Shown: positions 23,331-33,219 of the stretch, piece by piece | Layout: every line of letters begins with the position of its first letter | Numbering within the stretch: the first letter of the stretch is position 1 | NCBI GenBank assembly: GCA_963733175.1 | Contig: CAVTCL010000030.1 | Location: forward strand, 20,452-84,451 | Source of the DNA: an uncultured Actinomycetota bacterium | GTDB taxonomy: Bacteria > Actinomycetota > CALGFH01 | DNA length: 64,000 nucleotides | Reading direction: 5' to 3' | Notes under the pieces: model-generated | The model's database searches: none | Seen by the model: only the letters and a program-made list of their open reading frames with translations | Told to the model about the DNA's origin: nothing | Made by a program: the position numbers and the translations under genes

Positions 23331-24030
23331 TCAGCGGTGGAGGGCGGCCAGGGCGGGGCGGGGGTCCTTGAAGCGGTAGGCGGTGCGGAAGAAGCACCAC
23401 ACCGGGCCGCTGTGGGAACAGGTCACCGGGGTCGGCCGGCGGGGGCGGGCGAGTGTCGAGGGAGAGGGTGACGTTGTCGTCGTCGGGGTGGTTGGGGTCG
23501 TACAGGCGCAGGGTCAGCCGGGTGCCGGCCAGGTCGTAGCCCCAGGCCAGGACCTGGTGGTTGGCGCCGAGGTCCCGAGGGTCGCGGGACTTGGTCCTGA
23601 CCAGGCCGAGCGGGCTCAGGGTGCCGCGCTCCAGGTCGCCCCGGATGGCCGGCCACTCCAGGCGGACCATCCGCCAGGCCCGGCCGCGCACCATGGCCAG
23701 GTCGCCGTCGGGCAGGGCCGGGTGCATCAGCTTGAGGTAGGTGGCCGGCCCGAACGGCAGCGAGAGGCTGTCCAGCAGCCGGTCGGCGACGTAGCGGAAC
23801 ACCGGGCCGTCGCCGGGCGCCCTGGTCATGGCCGGCGGGGCCAGCCCGGCCTCGAACAGGTCGCGGACGGTGTAGGCCATGCCGCCGCAGAGCCCGTTGG
23901 CGGCGTCGCCGACCGGGACGGTCAGCCCGCCCGGCAGGTCGATCTCGAGGTTGGGCACGTGGGGGAAGGCGTTGGGGAAGTGCAGGCCCCTGGTCGACGG
24001 GAGAAACCCGGGGACGCGGACGCTGGTCAT
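23331..24030 (-). CDS. Hypothetical protein with papain-like Cys/His signature (1 apparent frameshift near 23425)
   Basis: ATG at 24030 preceded by GGAGGA; candidate nucleophile in NGLCGGMAYTVRDLF and His in NHQVLAWGYD..YDPNHPDD; C-terminus ..RTAYRFKDPRPALAALHR* in another frame. Confidence 0.5.
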
Positions 24031-24239
24031 GCGGTCCTCCATGCGCTCGGTTCGCCCCCCTGGCGGCCAGCATGGCCCGGCGACCCGCCGCCGCCCGATG
24101 ACGGCCGTCACCGCCCGCCTGTGCCGTCGGTCACACCCCGGCTCCAGGCACGCCGGAGCCCCACCCGCGGTGGATGGGGCCCCTACCGGGAGGGTAGCCG
24201 CAGGCGGGAGGCGGGGCGAACGGCTGTCCACAGCCCTCT

Positions 24240-24485
24240 TCAGTGGGCGGGGCCCGACTCCCAGTTGCGGCCGAAGCGGTCGGGGGTCTCGGCCATCACC
24301 CGGGCGGCCAGCGCGTCCGGGTCGCCGTCGCCGAGCCGGGCCAGCACCAGGGCGACCCCGTCGGCGACCAGCGCCCCCGGCGGCGCCGAGGCCGCCGCCC
24401 AGCGGGCCAGGGCCCGGACGCTGCGGGTCCTGGCCTTGAGGCGGAGCTGCAGCTCGCGGGCGATGGCGTCCTCGAAGCGGTTCAT
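24240..24485 (-). CDS. Hypothetical 81-aa protein
   Basis: Near-100% third-position GC over the whole ORF; no recognisable motif. Confidence 0.55.
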   Translation of the reverse strand: MNRFEDAIARELQLRLKARTRSVRALARWAAASAPPGALVADGVALVLARLGDGDPDALAARVMAETPDRFGRNWESGPAH

Positions 24486-24523
24486 CGGCGCGCGAGCCTA
24501 CGCCGGTTGCGTACACTCGGCCG

Positions 24524-24799
24524 GTGAGCGCGATGGGGCCGCCGTGGCGGTTCCGGGGCGAGCCGCTGGCCCTGGAGTGGGTCGCCGACGGCTGGCACCT
24601 CCGCTTCGTGCAGCCCTACCGCGCCACCAAGGTGTACCGCTGCCCCGGCTGCCACCAGGAGATCTTCCCCCGGACCCTCCACGTCGTGGTCTGGCCGGAG
24701 GGGGAGCCGGAGCAGCGCCGCCACTGGCACAAGGCCTGCTGGGAGCGGCGCTTCGCCGAGCTGCGGCGGGCGGCGCGGCGGGGCGGCCAGGCAACGTAG
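24524..24799 (+). CDS. Small zinc-ribbon-like protein, probably leaderless
   Basis: CPGC..HKAC pair. TACACT at 24512-24517 ends 6 nt before the GTG at 24524, and there is no SD. Confidence 0.65.
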   Translation: MSAMGPPWRFRGEPLALEWVADGWHLRFVQPYRATKVYRCPGCHQEIFPRTLHVVVWPEGEPEQRRHWHKACWERRFAELRRAARRGGQAT

Positions 24800-24852
24800 A
24801 GTTGGGCGGCCGGGCAACCAGACCGTAGCAGGATCAGGGAAGGAGCCAACCA

Positions 24853-25459
24853 GTGTCCGTGTCGCAGCCCGCTCTCGGCCGACCCCGCCAACTCGTGCTG
24901 GCCGACGTGCTGCCGGGCGACCGCGTCCGCGACGCCCTCCTGGTGGTCGGGTTCGCCGCCTTCACCGGGTTGGCCGCCCAGCTCGCCATCAAGCTGCCGT
25001 TCACGCCGGTGCCGATCACCGGGCAGACCTTCGCCGTGCTGCTCGGCGCGGCCGCCCTCGGCTGGCGGCGCGCCCTGGCCGGGATGGTGCTGTACCTGGC
25101 CCTCGGGCTCACCCCCTGGGTGCCCTGGTTCGCCGAGGGCTCGGGCGGCGCCGACATGGTGCAGGCGCCCTCGTTCGGCTACATCGTCGGGTTCCTGGTC
25201 GCGGCGGCGCTGGTCGGGTGGCTGGCCGAGCGCGGCTGGGACCGCACCCCGCCGCGGACGGTGGTGACCATGGTCGCCGGCAACCTGGTCATCTACGCCT
25301 TCGGGCTGCCCTGGCTGATGGCCGCCATCGGCGTCGGGCTGGCCACCGGGCTGGAGCTGGGGGTGACCCCGTTCCTGGCCGGGGACGCGCTCAAGATCCT
25401 GCTGGCCGCCGGGCTCCTCCCCGGCGCCTGGGCGCTGGTCGGGCGGGACCGGGCCATAG
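24853..25459 (+). CDS. bioY: Biotin transporter BioY (3' end frame-disrupted)
   Basis: TPVPITGQTFAVLL and PFLAGDALK motifs. No stop in its own frame for 2 kb; the nearest plausible stop is TAG 25457-25459 in the +1 frame. Confidence 0.8.
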
Positions 25460-25462
25460 GGC

Positions 25463-26227
25463 ATGTCGGTCTCCGAGACCCTGCGCCTGGACGGGCGGAC
25501 GGCCCTGGTCACCGGGGCCAGCCGCGGGATCGGCAGGCAGGCCGCCCTGACCCTGGCCGCCGCCGGGGCCACCGTGGTGCTGGCCGCCCGCTCGGCCGAG
25601 GACCTGGCCGAGGTGGCCGCCGCCGCCCGCCAGGCCGGCGCTCCCGACGCCCTGGTCGCGGTCACCGACGTCCTGGACGAGGAGGCGGTCGAGGCGGCCG
25701 CCGGCGCCGCCGTCGAGCACACCGGCCGGCTCGACGTGGTGGTCAACGTGGCCGGCGGCCAGGGCTTCACCGCCTATGTCGCCGACACCAGGACCGAGGG
25801 CTGGGACAAGGTGCTCGACCTCAACCTGCGCTCGGTGTTCGTCGGCTGCCGGGCCGCCATGGCGCACCTGCCGCAGGGCGGGTCGATCGTGAACGTGGCC
25901 AGCATCGCCGGGTTCACGGCCAGCCCGGGGCTGGCCGCCTACGGGGCGGCCAAGGCGGGGGTGATCTCGCTCACCCGCACCCTGGCCGTCGAGGCGGCCC
26001 CCCACGGGGTGCGGGTCAACTGCCTGGCCCCCGGCTGGGTCCGGACCGAGCTCACCCGACGCATGTGGTCGGACCCGGAGACCAGCCGGGCCCTGGTCGC
26101 CCAGATCCCGATGGGCCGCTGGGCCGACGTCGAGGAGCTGGCCGGGCCGCTGCTGCTGCTCGCCTCCGACGCCGGGAGCTACATCACCGGCGCCACCCTG
26201 GTGGTCGACGGCGGGCTCCTGGCGTGA
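25463..26227 (+). CDS. SDR-family oxidoreductase (FabG-like)
   Basis: TGASRGIG, NVAG, catalytic YGAAKAG. Confidence 0.9.
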   Translation: MSVSETLRLDGRTALVTGASRGIGRQAALTLAAAGATVVLAARSAEDLAEVAAAARQAGAPDALVAVTDVLDEEAVEAAAGAAVEHTGRLDVVVNVAGGQGFTAYVADTRTEGWDKVLDLNLRSVFVGCRAAMAHLPQGGSIVNVASIAGFTASPGLAAYGAAKAGVISLTRTLAVEAAPHGVRVNCLAPGWVRTELTRRMWSDPETSRALVAQIPMGRWADVEELAGPLLLLASDAGSYITGATLVVDGGLLA

Positions 26228-26259
26228 CCCGGGGGCCGGATCGGACCTATGCTGGGCGG

Positions 26260-26895
26260 ATGGGCGACTCGCTGCTGGACCGGGTGACCCGGCTGCCGTT
26301 CGTGATCCCCGGGGACCCGACCGGGGTGCCGGCGTCGGTGCTGCTCGCCCTGGCCCCGGTCGAGGGGGCCGACGACCTGGAGCTGGTGCTGGTCGAACGG
26401 CCCGGCCACCTGCGCCAGCACGCCGGCCAGGTCGGCCTGCCCGGGGGCGCGGTCGAGCCCACCGACGCCGACGGGGTCGAGGCCGCCCTCCGGGAGGCCC
26501 AGGAGGAGGTCGGCCTCGACCCGTCCGGGGTCCGGGTGCTCGGCAGCCTGGACCGGGCCTACCTGGCCGTGTCCGACTTCGACGTGCTGCCGGTGGTCGG
26601 CGTCTGGGACGGCCTGGCCCCGCTCACCCCCAGCCCGGACGAGGTCGCCGCCATCCTGCGGCCGACCCTGCGCCAGCTCGCCGACCCCGCCAACCACGGC
26701 ACCATGGCCTTCGGCGACATCCTGGGCGAGGAGGAGATGGCCGCCCGCAGCGTCCCCGGCGACCTGAGCAGCCCGGTGTTCTGGGTCGACGGGACCCTGG
26801 TCTGGGGGTTCACGGCCGGGCTGCTGGTCGGGTTCCTCGACTCCCTCGGCCTCCAGGCCCCGCCCCTCCCCGCCTACTGGGGCACCCGCCCCTAG
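26260..26895 (+). CDS. Nudix hydrolase, CoA pyrophosphatase-like
   Basis: Nudix box GLPGGAVEPTDADGVEAALREAQEEVGL preceded by LRQHAGQV. Confidence 0.8.
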   Translation: MGDSLLDRVTRLPFVIPGDPTGVPASVLLALAPVEGADDLELVLVERPGHLRQHAGQVGLPGGAVEPTDADGVEAALREAQEEVGLDPSGVRVLGSLDRAYLAVSDFDVLPVVGVWDGLAPLTPSPDEVAAILRPTLRQLADPANHGTMAFGDILGEEEMAARSVPGDLSSPVFWVDGTLVWGFTAGLLVGFLDSLGLQAPPLPAYWGTRP

Positions 26896-26919
26896 GACCG
26901 ACCCCCTCAAGGAGCACCC

Positions 26920-27779
26920 ATGTCCACCCCCGAACCCGACGACCCTCAGGAACCGTCGCCCGCGCCCGACCCCGGCGCCGCCCGGCCCGACCGGACCCGC
27001 CGCCGGTCCCGCCGGCCGCGACCAGCGGGGCGGGGACGCCGCTGGTGCTGCTGCACGCCTTCCCGCTCGACGGGCGCATGTGGGCCCCCCAGGTCGAGGC
27101 GCTCGCCGGCACCTACCAGGTGATCGTCCCCGACCTCCGCGGGTTCGGGGCGGCCAGGGACCAGGCGGTCGAGGAGGCGGGCATGGACCTGCTGGCCGAC
27201 GACCTGGCCCGGCTCCTCGACGACCGCGGCCTGGACCGGGTGGTGCTGGGCGGGCTGTCGCTGGGCGGCTACGTCGCCCTGGCGTTCATGCGCCGCCACG
27301 CCGGCCGGGTCAGCGGCCTTGTCCTGCTCGACACCAAGGCCACCGCCGACGGCGACCAGGCCAGGGACGCCCGGCTGGAGATGGCCGAGCGGGTCCTGGC
27401 CGAGGGCAACGGCTTCGTGCCCGAGGCGATGCTGCCCAGGCTGCTCGGCGAGACCAGCCGCGAGCACCGGCCGGAGCTGGTGGAGAAGGTCACCGCCCTG
27501 ATCCTCGAGCAGGCCCCCGAGGCCATCGCCGGCGCCCAGCGGGGCATGGCCGCCCGGTCCGCCACCACCGACGTGCTGGCCTCGATCAAGGTCCCGACCC
27601 TGGTCGTGACCGGCGAGGAGGACGCCGTCACCGGGCCCGAGGTCGGCCGCGACCTCGCCGCCGGGATCCCCGGGGCCCGGTTCCTGCTGGTCGAGGAGGC
27701 CGGGCACCTGGTCAATCTGGAGCAGCCGGAGATCGTCAACGAGGCGCTCCTGGACTTCCTCGCCCCGCTCTGGATCTGA
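26920..27779 (+). CDS. Alpha/beta-fold hydrolase (1 apparent frameshift near 27010)
   Basis: AAGGAG before the ATG at 26920; third-position GC phase switches near 27010 to the frame of ORF 27045..27779; HAFPLDGRMW and nucleophile elbow GLSLGG. Confidence 0.8.
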
Positions 27780-27863
27780 GGAGCAGGCGCCATGACAACT
27801 GGTCCGCCCATCTAGTACGCTCGGGCTAGTCGAGACTCTGGTTCCCCCGACCAGAGCCAAGGC

Positions 27864-27903
27864 GCGAGGGGGGCAGGGGAGGACCGGCTCCTGCCCCCCT
27901 CGC
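27864..27903 (+). terminator. Strong GC stem-loop (13 perfect bp plus an inner 3 bp)
   Basis: gcgaggggggcag..ctgcccccctcgc, 85 nt after the hydrolase stop; no U tract (common in high-GC actinobacteria). Confidence 0.45.
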
Positions 27904-27979
27904 TACTCACCTCAATGCCCCCGGTTCGCCGCCAGGCATGAGACGGGACACCGGGGAGCTGGTACAGCGGAGGCGACCC

Positions 27980-28752
27980 ATGCGGCTGTTCGATCTCACC
28001 GGCAAGGTCGCCGTCGTGACCGGCGGGACCCGCGGGATCGGCCTGATGATGGCCGCGGCCTGCTCGAGCGCCGGGGCGTCAGGTGGTGGTCAGCTCGCGC
28101 AAGCCCGAGGGCGGGGGAGGCCGCGGTGAGCGGAGCTGTCGGGCACGGCGGCGTGGCCTCGGTGCCCGGCCGACCTGGCCACGCGAGGAGGAGTGCGAGC
28201 GGCTGGCCGGCCGAGGTCGGCCGAGCTCCACCGACTGTGCACATCCTGGTGAACAACGCCGGCGCCACCTGGGGCGCGCCGCTGGAGCAGTTCCCCGACG
28301 TCGGCCTGGGACAAGGTCGCTCGACCTCAACCTGAAGGCGCCCTTCCACCTCACCCGCGCGTTCCTGCCGCTGCTGGAGGCGGCGGCCACCGCCGACGAC
28401 CCGGCCCGGGTGATCAACGTCGGCAGCATCGACGGGCTCCGGGTGCCGGAGCTGCCGACCTACTCCTATCGGCCAGCAAGGCCGGCCTGCACCAGCTCAC
28501 CCGGGTGCTCGCCGCGTGAGCTCGGGCTACGACATCACCGTCAACGCGGTGGCCTGGACCGTTCGAGTCCAAGATGATGGCGGCGACGCTGGCTGCGGTA
28601 CGGCGAGGAGATCGCGGCCAGCTCGCCGCTCGGGCCGCATCGGCCGCCCCGACGACATGGCGGGCGTCGCCGTCTACCTGGGCGGCCGCGCCGGCGCCTA
28701 CGTCACCGGCGCGGTCATCCCGGTCGACGGCGGGATCTGGGCGGCGCGCTGA
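27980..28752 (+). pseudogene. SDR-family oxidoreductase (RhlG/FabG-like), at least 6 frame breaks as assembled
   Basis: Fragments MRLFDLTGKVAVVTGGTRGIG, VVVSSRKPE, HILVNNAGATWGAPLEQFPD, LDLNLKAPFHLTRAFLPLL..VINVGSIDG, ITVNAVA and GRIGRPDDMAGVAVYLGGRAGAYVTGAVIPVDGG are scattered over three frames. Confidence 0.8.
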
Positions 28753-28837
28753 CCGGCGCCGCGAGCCACCGCCGCCTGGCCAGCGCGTCCAGGATCGAGA
28801 AGGGGGGACCTGCCGCGGCGTCCCGGCCATGGCGGCG

Positions 28838-29262
28838 TCAGCTCGGCCCCGGTGGCCGGTTCCCTCCTCGACCAGCTCGACCAGCACGCCGCCCATCGAC
28901 TTGGGGTGGAGGAAGGCGATGGTGGTGCCGCCGGAGCCGATCCGGGGGGCCGGCTCGATCACCTCGACGCCCTGGGCGCGGAGGTCGGCCAGGGCGGCGG
29001 CGACGTCGGGGACGGCGTAGCCGACGTGGTGGACGCCCTCGCCCCGCCTGGCCAGGAAGCGGCCCACCGGGGTGTCGGGGGAGAGGGGGGCGACCAGCTG
29101 GACGAAGGCGTCGCCGGCGCTGAGCAGCAGCTCGTGCACGCCCTGGTCCTCGATCACCTCCTCGTGGGTGACCTCAAGGCCCAGCACCTGCTCGTAGAGG
29201 GCGCGGGCCGAGGCCAGGTCGGCGACGGCGACGCCGACATGGTCGAGGCGTCCAAGCTGCAC
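28838..29262 (-). CDS. mce: Methylmalonyl-CoA epimerase (VOC/glyoxalase fold), 3' end frame-disrupted
   Basis: GTG at 29262 after GAAAGGA; LDHVGVAV and VHHVGYAV metal-ligand motifs. Its own frame has no stop until 28414; the nearest stop is in a shifted frame at 28838. Confidence 0.8.
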
Positions 29263-29273
29263 GGCGGGTCCTT

Positions 29274-30022
29274 TCAAGGCGGTCGGCTCGGTTCGGGGGG
29301 TCCAGGTCGAGGATCCAGTCGGTGGCGGTGTGGTCCAGGTCCCAGCCGGCCCCGGCGGCGGCCCGGTCGGCCGACCCGCCGGCCGCGGTGAACAGCCACA
29401 GGGGCCGGCCCGGGGGGACGAGGCCGCGGGCCAGCTCCAGCATCCGCCGGCCCACCCCCCGCCCCTGGGCGGAGTGGCGCACGGCGAAGTGGCAGAGCTG
29501 GGTGGTGGTGCCGGAGTCGAACAGCAGCAGGACACCGCCGCCGTCGGCGGTCCGGTAGGGGCGGCTGCGCGGGTCCCGGAACCGGCGCCGGTAGGCCTCC
29601 TCGCGGCCGTCGGTCTTGTCGTCGGCCCCCCACGAGTCCCGCCAGACCTCCAGGAAGGCCTCGAAGTCGTCGCCCGCCAGGGCCAGCAGCCCCGGCGCCC
29701 CCGACCCGGTGCCCGCGGTCCGCCGGTAGGCCTGGTCCTCGACGTGGCGGTACCCGAGCCCGGCCAGGTCGCCGGCCAGCCCGGGCCGCGACGACGGCGA
29801 GGCGAGCACGTGGGCGTAGTCGCGCCCGGCGGCCCGGAAGGCGGCCGCCGCCCCGGCGGCGTCGTAGGCCAGCCGCACCCCGAAGGCGTAGTTGTAGATG
29901 AACAACGGGTCGACCGGGCAGGTCACGACCTTGCCCGCCGCGAGCTGGACCACGCCGCCGCCGCCGATGATGGACAGGTTGAGGTGGTTCTGCTCGCAGG
30001 CATGCACGAACCCGAGGCTCAC
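29274..30022 (-). CDS. GNAT-family N-acetyltransferase (3' end frame-disrupted)
   Basis: AcCoA motif QGRGVGRRMLE; the C-run at about 29290 looks like the indel site; stop TGA at 29274 in the shifted frame. Confidence 0.75.
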
Positions 30023-30081
30023 GCGGGCCAGCCTACCCCGGGCGGTAGACTCGGACGAGCGCAGGCGAAGGGGGAACAGCC

Positions 30082-31273
30082 ATGTTCGAGCGGACCCAGC
30101 CGGTCATCTGCTGCCGGTGCCAGGACGCCCATCGGGCGCTTCGGCGGGGCGCTGGCCTCGCTGCCCGCGGTGGAGCTGGGCGGGCGGGCCATCGCGGCCG
30201 CCCTGGAGCGGGCCGGGGCCGACCCGGGCGCGGTCGAGCACGTGGTCATGGGGCACGTGCTCCAGGCGGGGCAGGGTCAGATCACGGCCAGGCAGGCCGC
30301 GGTCCGGGGCGGGGTCCCCATGACCGTGCCCGCCCTCACCGTCAACAAGGTCTGCCTCTCGGGGCTGAACGCCATCGCCACCGCCGCCCAGTACGTCGAG
30401 CTGGGCCAGGCCGGCCTGCTGGTCGCCGGGGGCATGGAGTCGATGAGCGGCGCCCCCTACCTGGTGCCCAAGGCTCGGTTCGGGGCCCGCATGGGCGACG
30501 CCGAGCTGGTCGACGCCATGGTCCACGACGGGCTCTGGGACGCCTTCGACGACGCCCACATGGGCGGCCTCTCCGACCAGGTCAACCAGCGCCTCGGGAT
30601 CGACCGGGCGGCCCAGGACGAGTGGTCGGCCCGCTCCCACGAGCGGGCCGCGGAGGCGACCAAGAACGGCGTCCTCGGCGAGGAGATCGCCCCGGTGGTG
30701 GTGGCCCAGCGCAAGGGCGAGGTCACCGTCGACCAGGACGAGGGCATCCGGCCCGGCACCACCGCCGAGGCCCTCGGCCGGCTCCGGCCGGCGTTCTCGC
30801 CCGACGGCACCATCACCGCCGGCAACGCCTCCCAGATCTCGGACGGGGCGGCGGCGGTGGTGGTCACCTCCCGCGAGCGGGCCGCCGCCGAGGGCCTGGG
30901 GGTGCTGGCCACGGTGGTGGCCTACGGGTCGGTGGCCGGGCCCGACACCAGCCTGCACTCCCAGCCGTCGCGGGCCATCGCCGACGCCTGCCGCCGGGCC
31001 GGGGTGGCCCCCGGCGACCTGGACCTGGTCGAGATCAACGAGGCCTTCGCCGCGGTCGCCCTGCGCTCGACCCAGGAGCTGGAGCTGGACGAGGCCATCG
31101 TCAACGTCAACGGCGGCGCGGTCGCCCTCGGCCACCCGATCGGGGCCAGCGGCGCCCGGGTGGTGCTCACCCTGGCCATGGAGCTGCGCCGCCGCGGCGG
31201 CGGGCTCGGCGCGGCCGCCCTGTGCGGCGGCGGGGGCCAGGGCGACGCCCTGCTGGTCCGGGTCGAGGCTTGA
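30082..31273 (+). CDS. Acetyl-CoA C-acetyltransferase (thiolase), 1 frameshift at about 30109
   Basis: MFERTQPVI then [13 protein letters not shown] in the next frame; active-site [25 protein letters not shown]. Confidence 0.9.
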
Positions 31274-32223
31274 CGCTTCAGGAGCTGCTCGACAGGCTGC
31301 GGGCCGGCGACAAGCGGGCCGTGGCCCGGCTGATCTCCTGGGTCGAGGACGGCGACCGCGACCAGCTCAGGGACGCCGCCGAGGCGCTCAACCCGGCGGC
31401 CGGCCGGGCCCAGGTGATCGGGCTCACCGGGTCGCCCGGGGTCGGCAAGTCGACCCTGGCCGGGGCGCTGGTGGCCGCCTACCGGGCCAAGGGGCTGACC
31501 GTCGGGGTGCTGGCCGTCGACCCGTCCTCGCCGTTCACCGGCGGGGCCCTGCTCGGCGACCGGGTGCGGATGCAGCGCCACGCCCTGGACGAGGGGGTCT
31601 ACATCCGCTCGATGGCCACCCGGGGCCACCTGGGCGGCCTCGCCTGGGCGACCCCCCAGGCGGTGCGGGTGCTGGACGCCGCCGGCTGCGACGTCGTCCT
31701 GGTCGAGACCGTCGGGGTCGGCCAGGCCGAGGTCGAGGTGGCCGGCCTGGCCGACACCACCCTGGTCGCCCTCGCCCCCGGCTTCGGCGACGCGGTGCAG
31801 GTCGCCAAGGCGGGCATCCTCGAGGTGGCCGACGTGTTCGTGGTCAACAAGGCCGACCGGGACGGCGCCGAGGTGGTCGCACGCGACCTGCGCCAGATGC
31901 TCCACCTGGGCCAGGCCAGACCCTGGCAGGTGCCGGTGGTCCTGACCGTGGCCGAACGCGGCGACGGGGTCGGCGAGCTGGTCGAGGCCGTCGCCGCCCA
32001 CCGCGACCACCTGGCCTCCAGCGGCGAGCTGGAACGCCGCCGCCGCCTGCGGGCCGCCCGCGAGGTCGAGGAGATCGCCCTGGCCGACCTCCGCGCCGAG
32101 CTCGGCGAGCTCGGCCGCGGCGAGGCCCTCGACACCCTCGCCGAGCAGGTCGCCGCCGGCAAGCTCGGCCCCTACAGCGCCGCCGACCAGCTCCTGGCCG
32201 GGGTCAGGGGGACCAAGGCCTGA
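31270..32223 (+). CDS. meaB: Methylmalonyl-CoA mutase-associated GTPase MeaB/ArgK
   Basis: TTG start overlapping the thiolase stop (gcTTGAcg); [23 protein letters not shown]. Confidence 0.9.
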   Translation: MTLQELLDRLRAGDKRAVARLISWVEDGDRDQLRDAAEALNPAAGRAQVIGLTGSPGVGKSTLAGALVAAYRAKGLTVGVLAVDPSSPFTGGALLGDRVRMQRHALDEGVYIRSMATRGHLGGLAWATPQAVRVLDAAGCDVVLVETVGVGQAEVEVAGLADTTLVALAPGFGDAVQVAKAGILEVADVFVVNKADRDGAEVVARDLRQMLHLGQARPWQVPVVLTVAERGDGVGELVEAVAAHRDHLASSGELERRRRLRAAREVEEIALADLRAELGELGRGEALDTLAEQVAAGKLGPYSAADQLLAGVRGTKA

Positions 32224-32224
32224 G

Positions 32225-32254
32225 GTTTTCGTACAGGCCCAATGTTTTCGTACA
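32225..32254 (+). repeat. Two copies of AT-rich 11-mer GTTTTCGTACA, 19-nt period
   Basis: Copies at 32225-32235 and 32244-32254, in the intergenic region upstream of TAGATT (32271-32276) and the FG-GAP gene. Confidence 0.6.
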
Positions 32255-32308
32255 TTCGGCGCGACCGGCATAGATTCCCCGACATCATTGCGGCGGTGGG
32301 AGGTCGAG

Positions 32309-33213
32309 ATGCGTCGAATGGCGTGGTTCGTAGCGGTCGTGGCGGCGGCCGCGCTGGTGCTCCCGTCCGGCGGTCCGGCGGTCGCCCAGGTGACGGTGCC
32401 CGGCCCCGACTTCAACAACGACGGCTTCGGCGACTGGCCGTCGGCGCCCCCGGCGAGGACGTCGGGGCCGTGGCCGACGCCGGCGTGGTCAACGTCCGCT
32501 ACGCGCCCGGCTTCGGCCAGCCGTTCGGGCTCACGCTGCTCACCCAGGACCGCCCGGAGATCGGCGACCGCTTCGGGAGTGCCCTGGCCGAGGGGTTCCT
32601 GGCCGAGTCCGACGGCACCGTCGACCTGGCCGTGGGCGCGCCCGGCGAGACGGTCGGGGGCCGCGCGGGCGCCGGTGCGGTCAGCGTCGTCAAGAACGAC
32701 GACACGGGGTTCCTGGCCACCGGCAGCCAGCTGTTCTACCAGGGCTTCGCCGGGGTACCGGGCACGGCCGAGACCGGCGACGGGTTCGGATCGGCGGTGG
32801 CCGTGGGCGGCTTCGGCCGCGGCGGCGGCGGCCTGGCCGTGGGCGTGCCCGGCGAGGACATCGGCGCCGTCGCCGACGCGGGCGCCCTGAACGTGCTCTA
32901 CGGTCTCGACGGCGTCGGCACCGAGCTCCTCACCCAGGCGGACGCCGCCGGGACCAACGAGGCCGGCGACGCCTTCGGGGCCGCCCTGTCCGACCCGTTC
33001 TTCCACGAGGACGACGTCCTGGAGGACCTGGGCGTTGGCGCCCCTGGGGAGACGGTGGGCGGCCGGGGGGCCGCCGGTGCCGGCAGCGTCCTGTTCGGCG
33101 ATGCCGCCGACGGCCTCGGTGGCGGCGGCGGCAGCCAGTTCTTCCACCAGGGCGTCAGCGGCCTGGGCGGCGTCGCCGAGTCCGCCGACGTCTTCGGGGC
33201 CGCGCTCAGCTGA
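32309..33213 (+). CDS. Secreted FG-GAP repeat protein (1 frameshift near 32435)
   Basis: GGGAGG before the ATG; signal peptide [23 protein letters not shown]; repeated [16 protein letters not shown] units; a missing C in gac(c)tgg at 32434/5 joins the two frames. Confidence 0.8.
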
Positions 33214-33219
33214 ACGCCG

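Noticed and set aside
24031-24239. c-di-AMP (ydaO) riboswitch upstream of a hydrolase-like gene
   Set aside because: I could not find the conserved ydaO core elements (for example the ACGGGGA / CCGA..CUAACC-type segments) or the pseudo-twofold architecture.
24853-26895. 680-aa ORF suggesting a BioY-Nudix fusion protein
   Set aside because: The middle third is the SDR gene read out of frame. BioY has simply lost its in-frame stop (probable indel), and the Nudix gene has its own ATG at 26260.
27836-27856. 6C RNA (two C-rich loops)
   Set aside because: Only one hairpin has a C-rich loop, with 5 rather than 6 or more C residues. The second C-run is base-paired in a stem. The motif definition is not met.
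28555-28575. tRNA T-arm-like string gttcgagtcc
   Set aside because: It lies inside the SDR coding sequence (..GPFESKMM..) and has no acceptor, D-arm or anticodon-arm complement around it.
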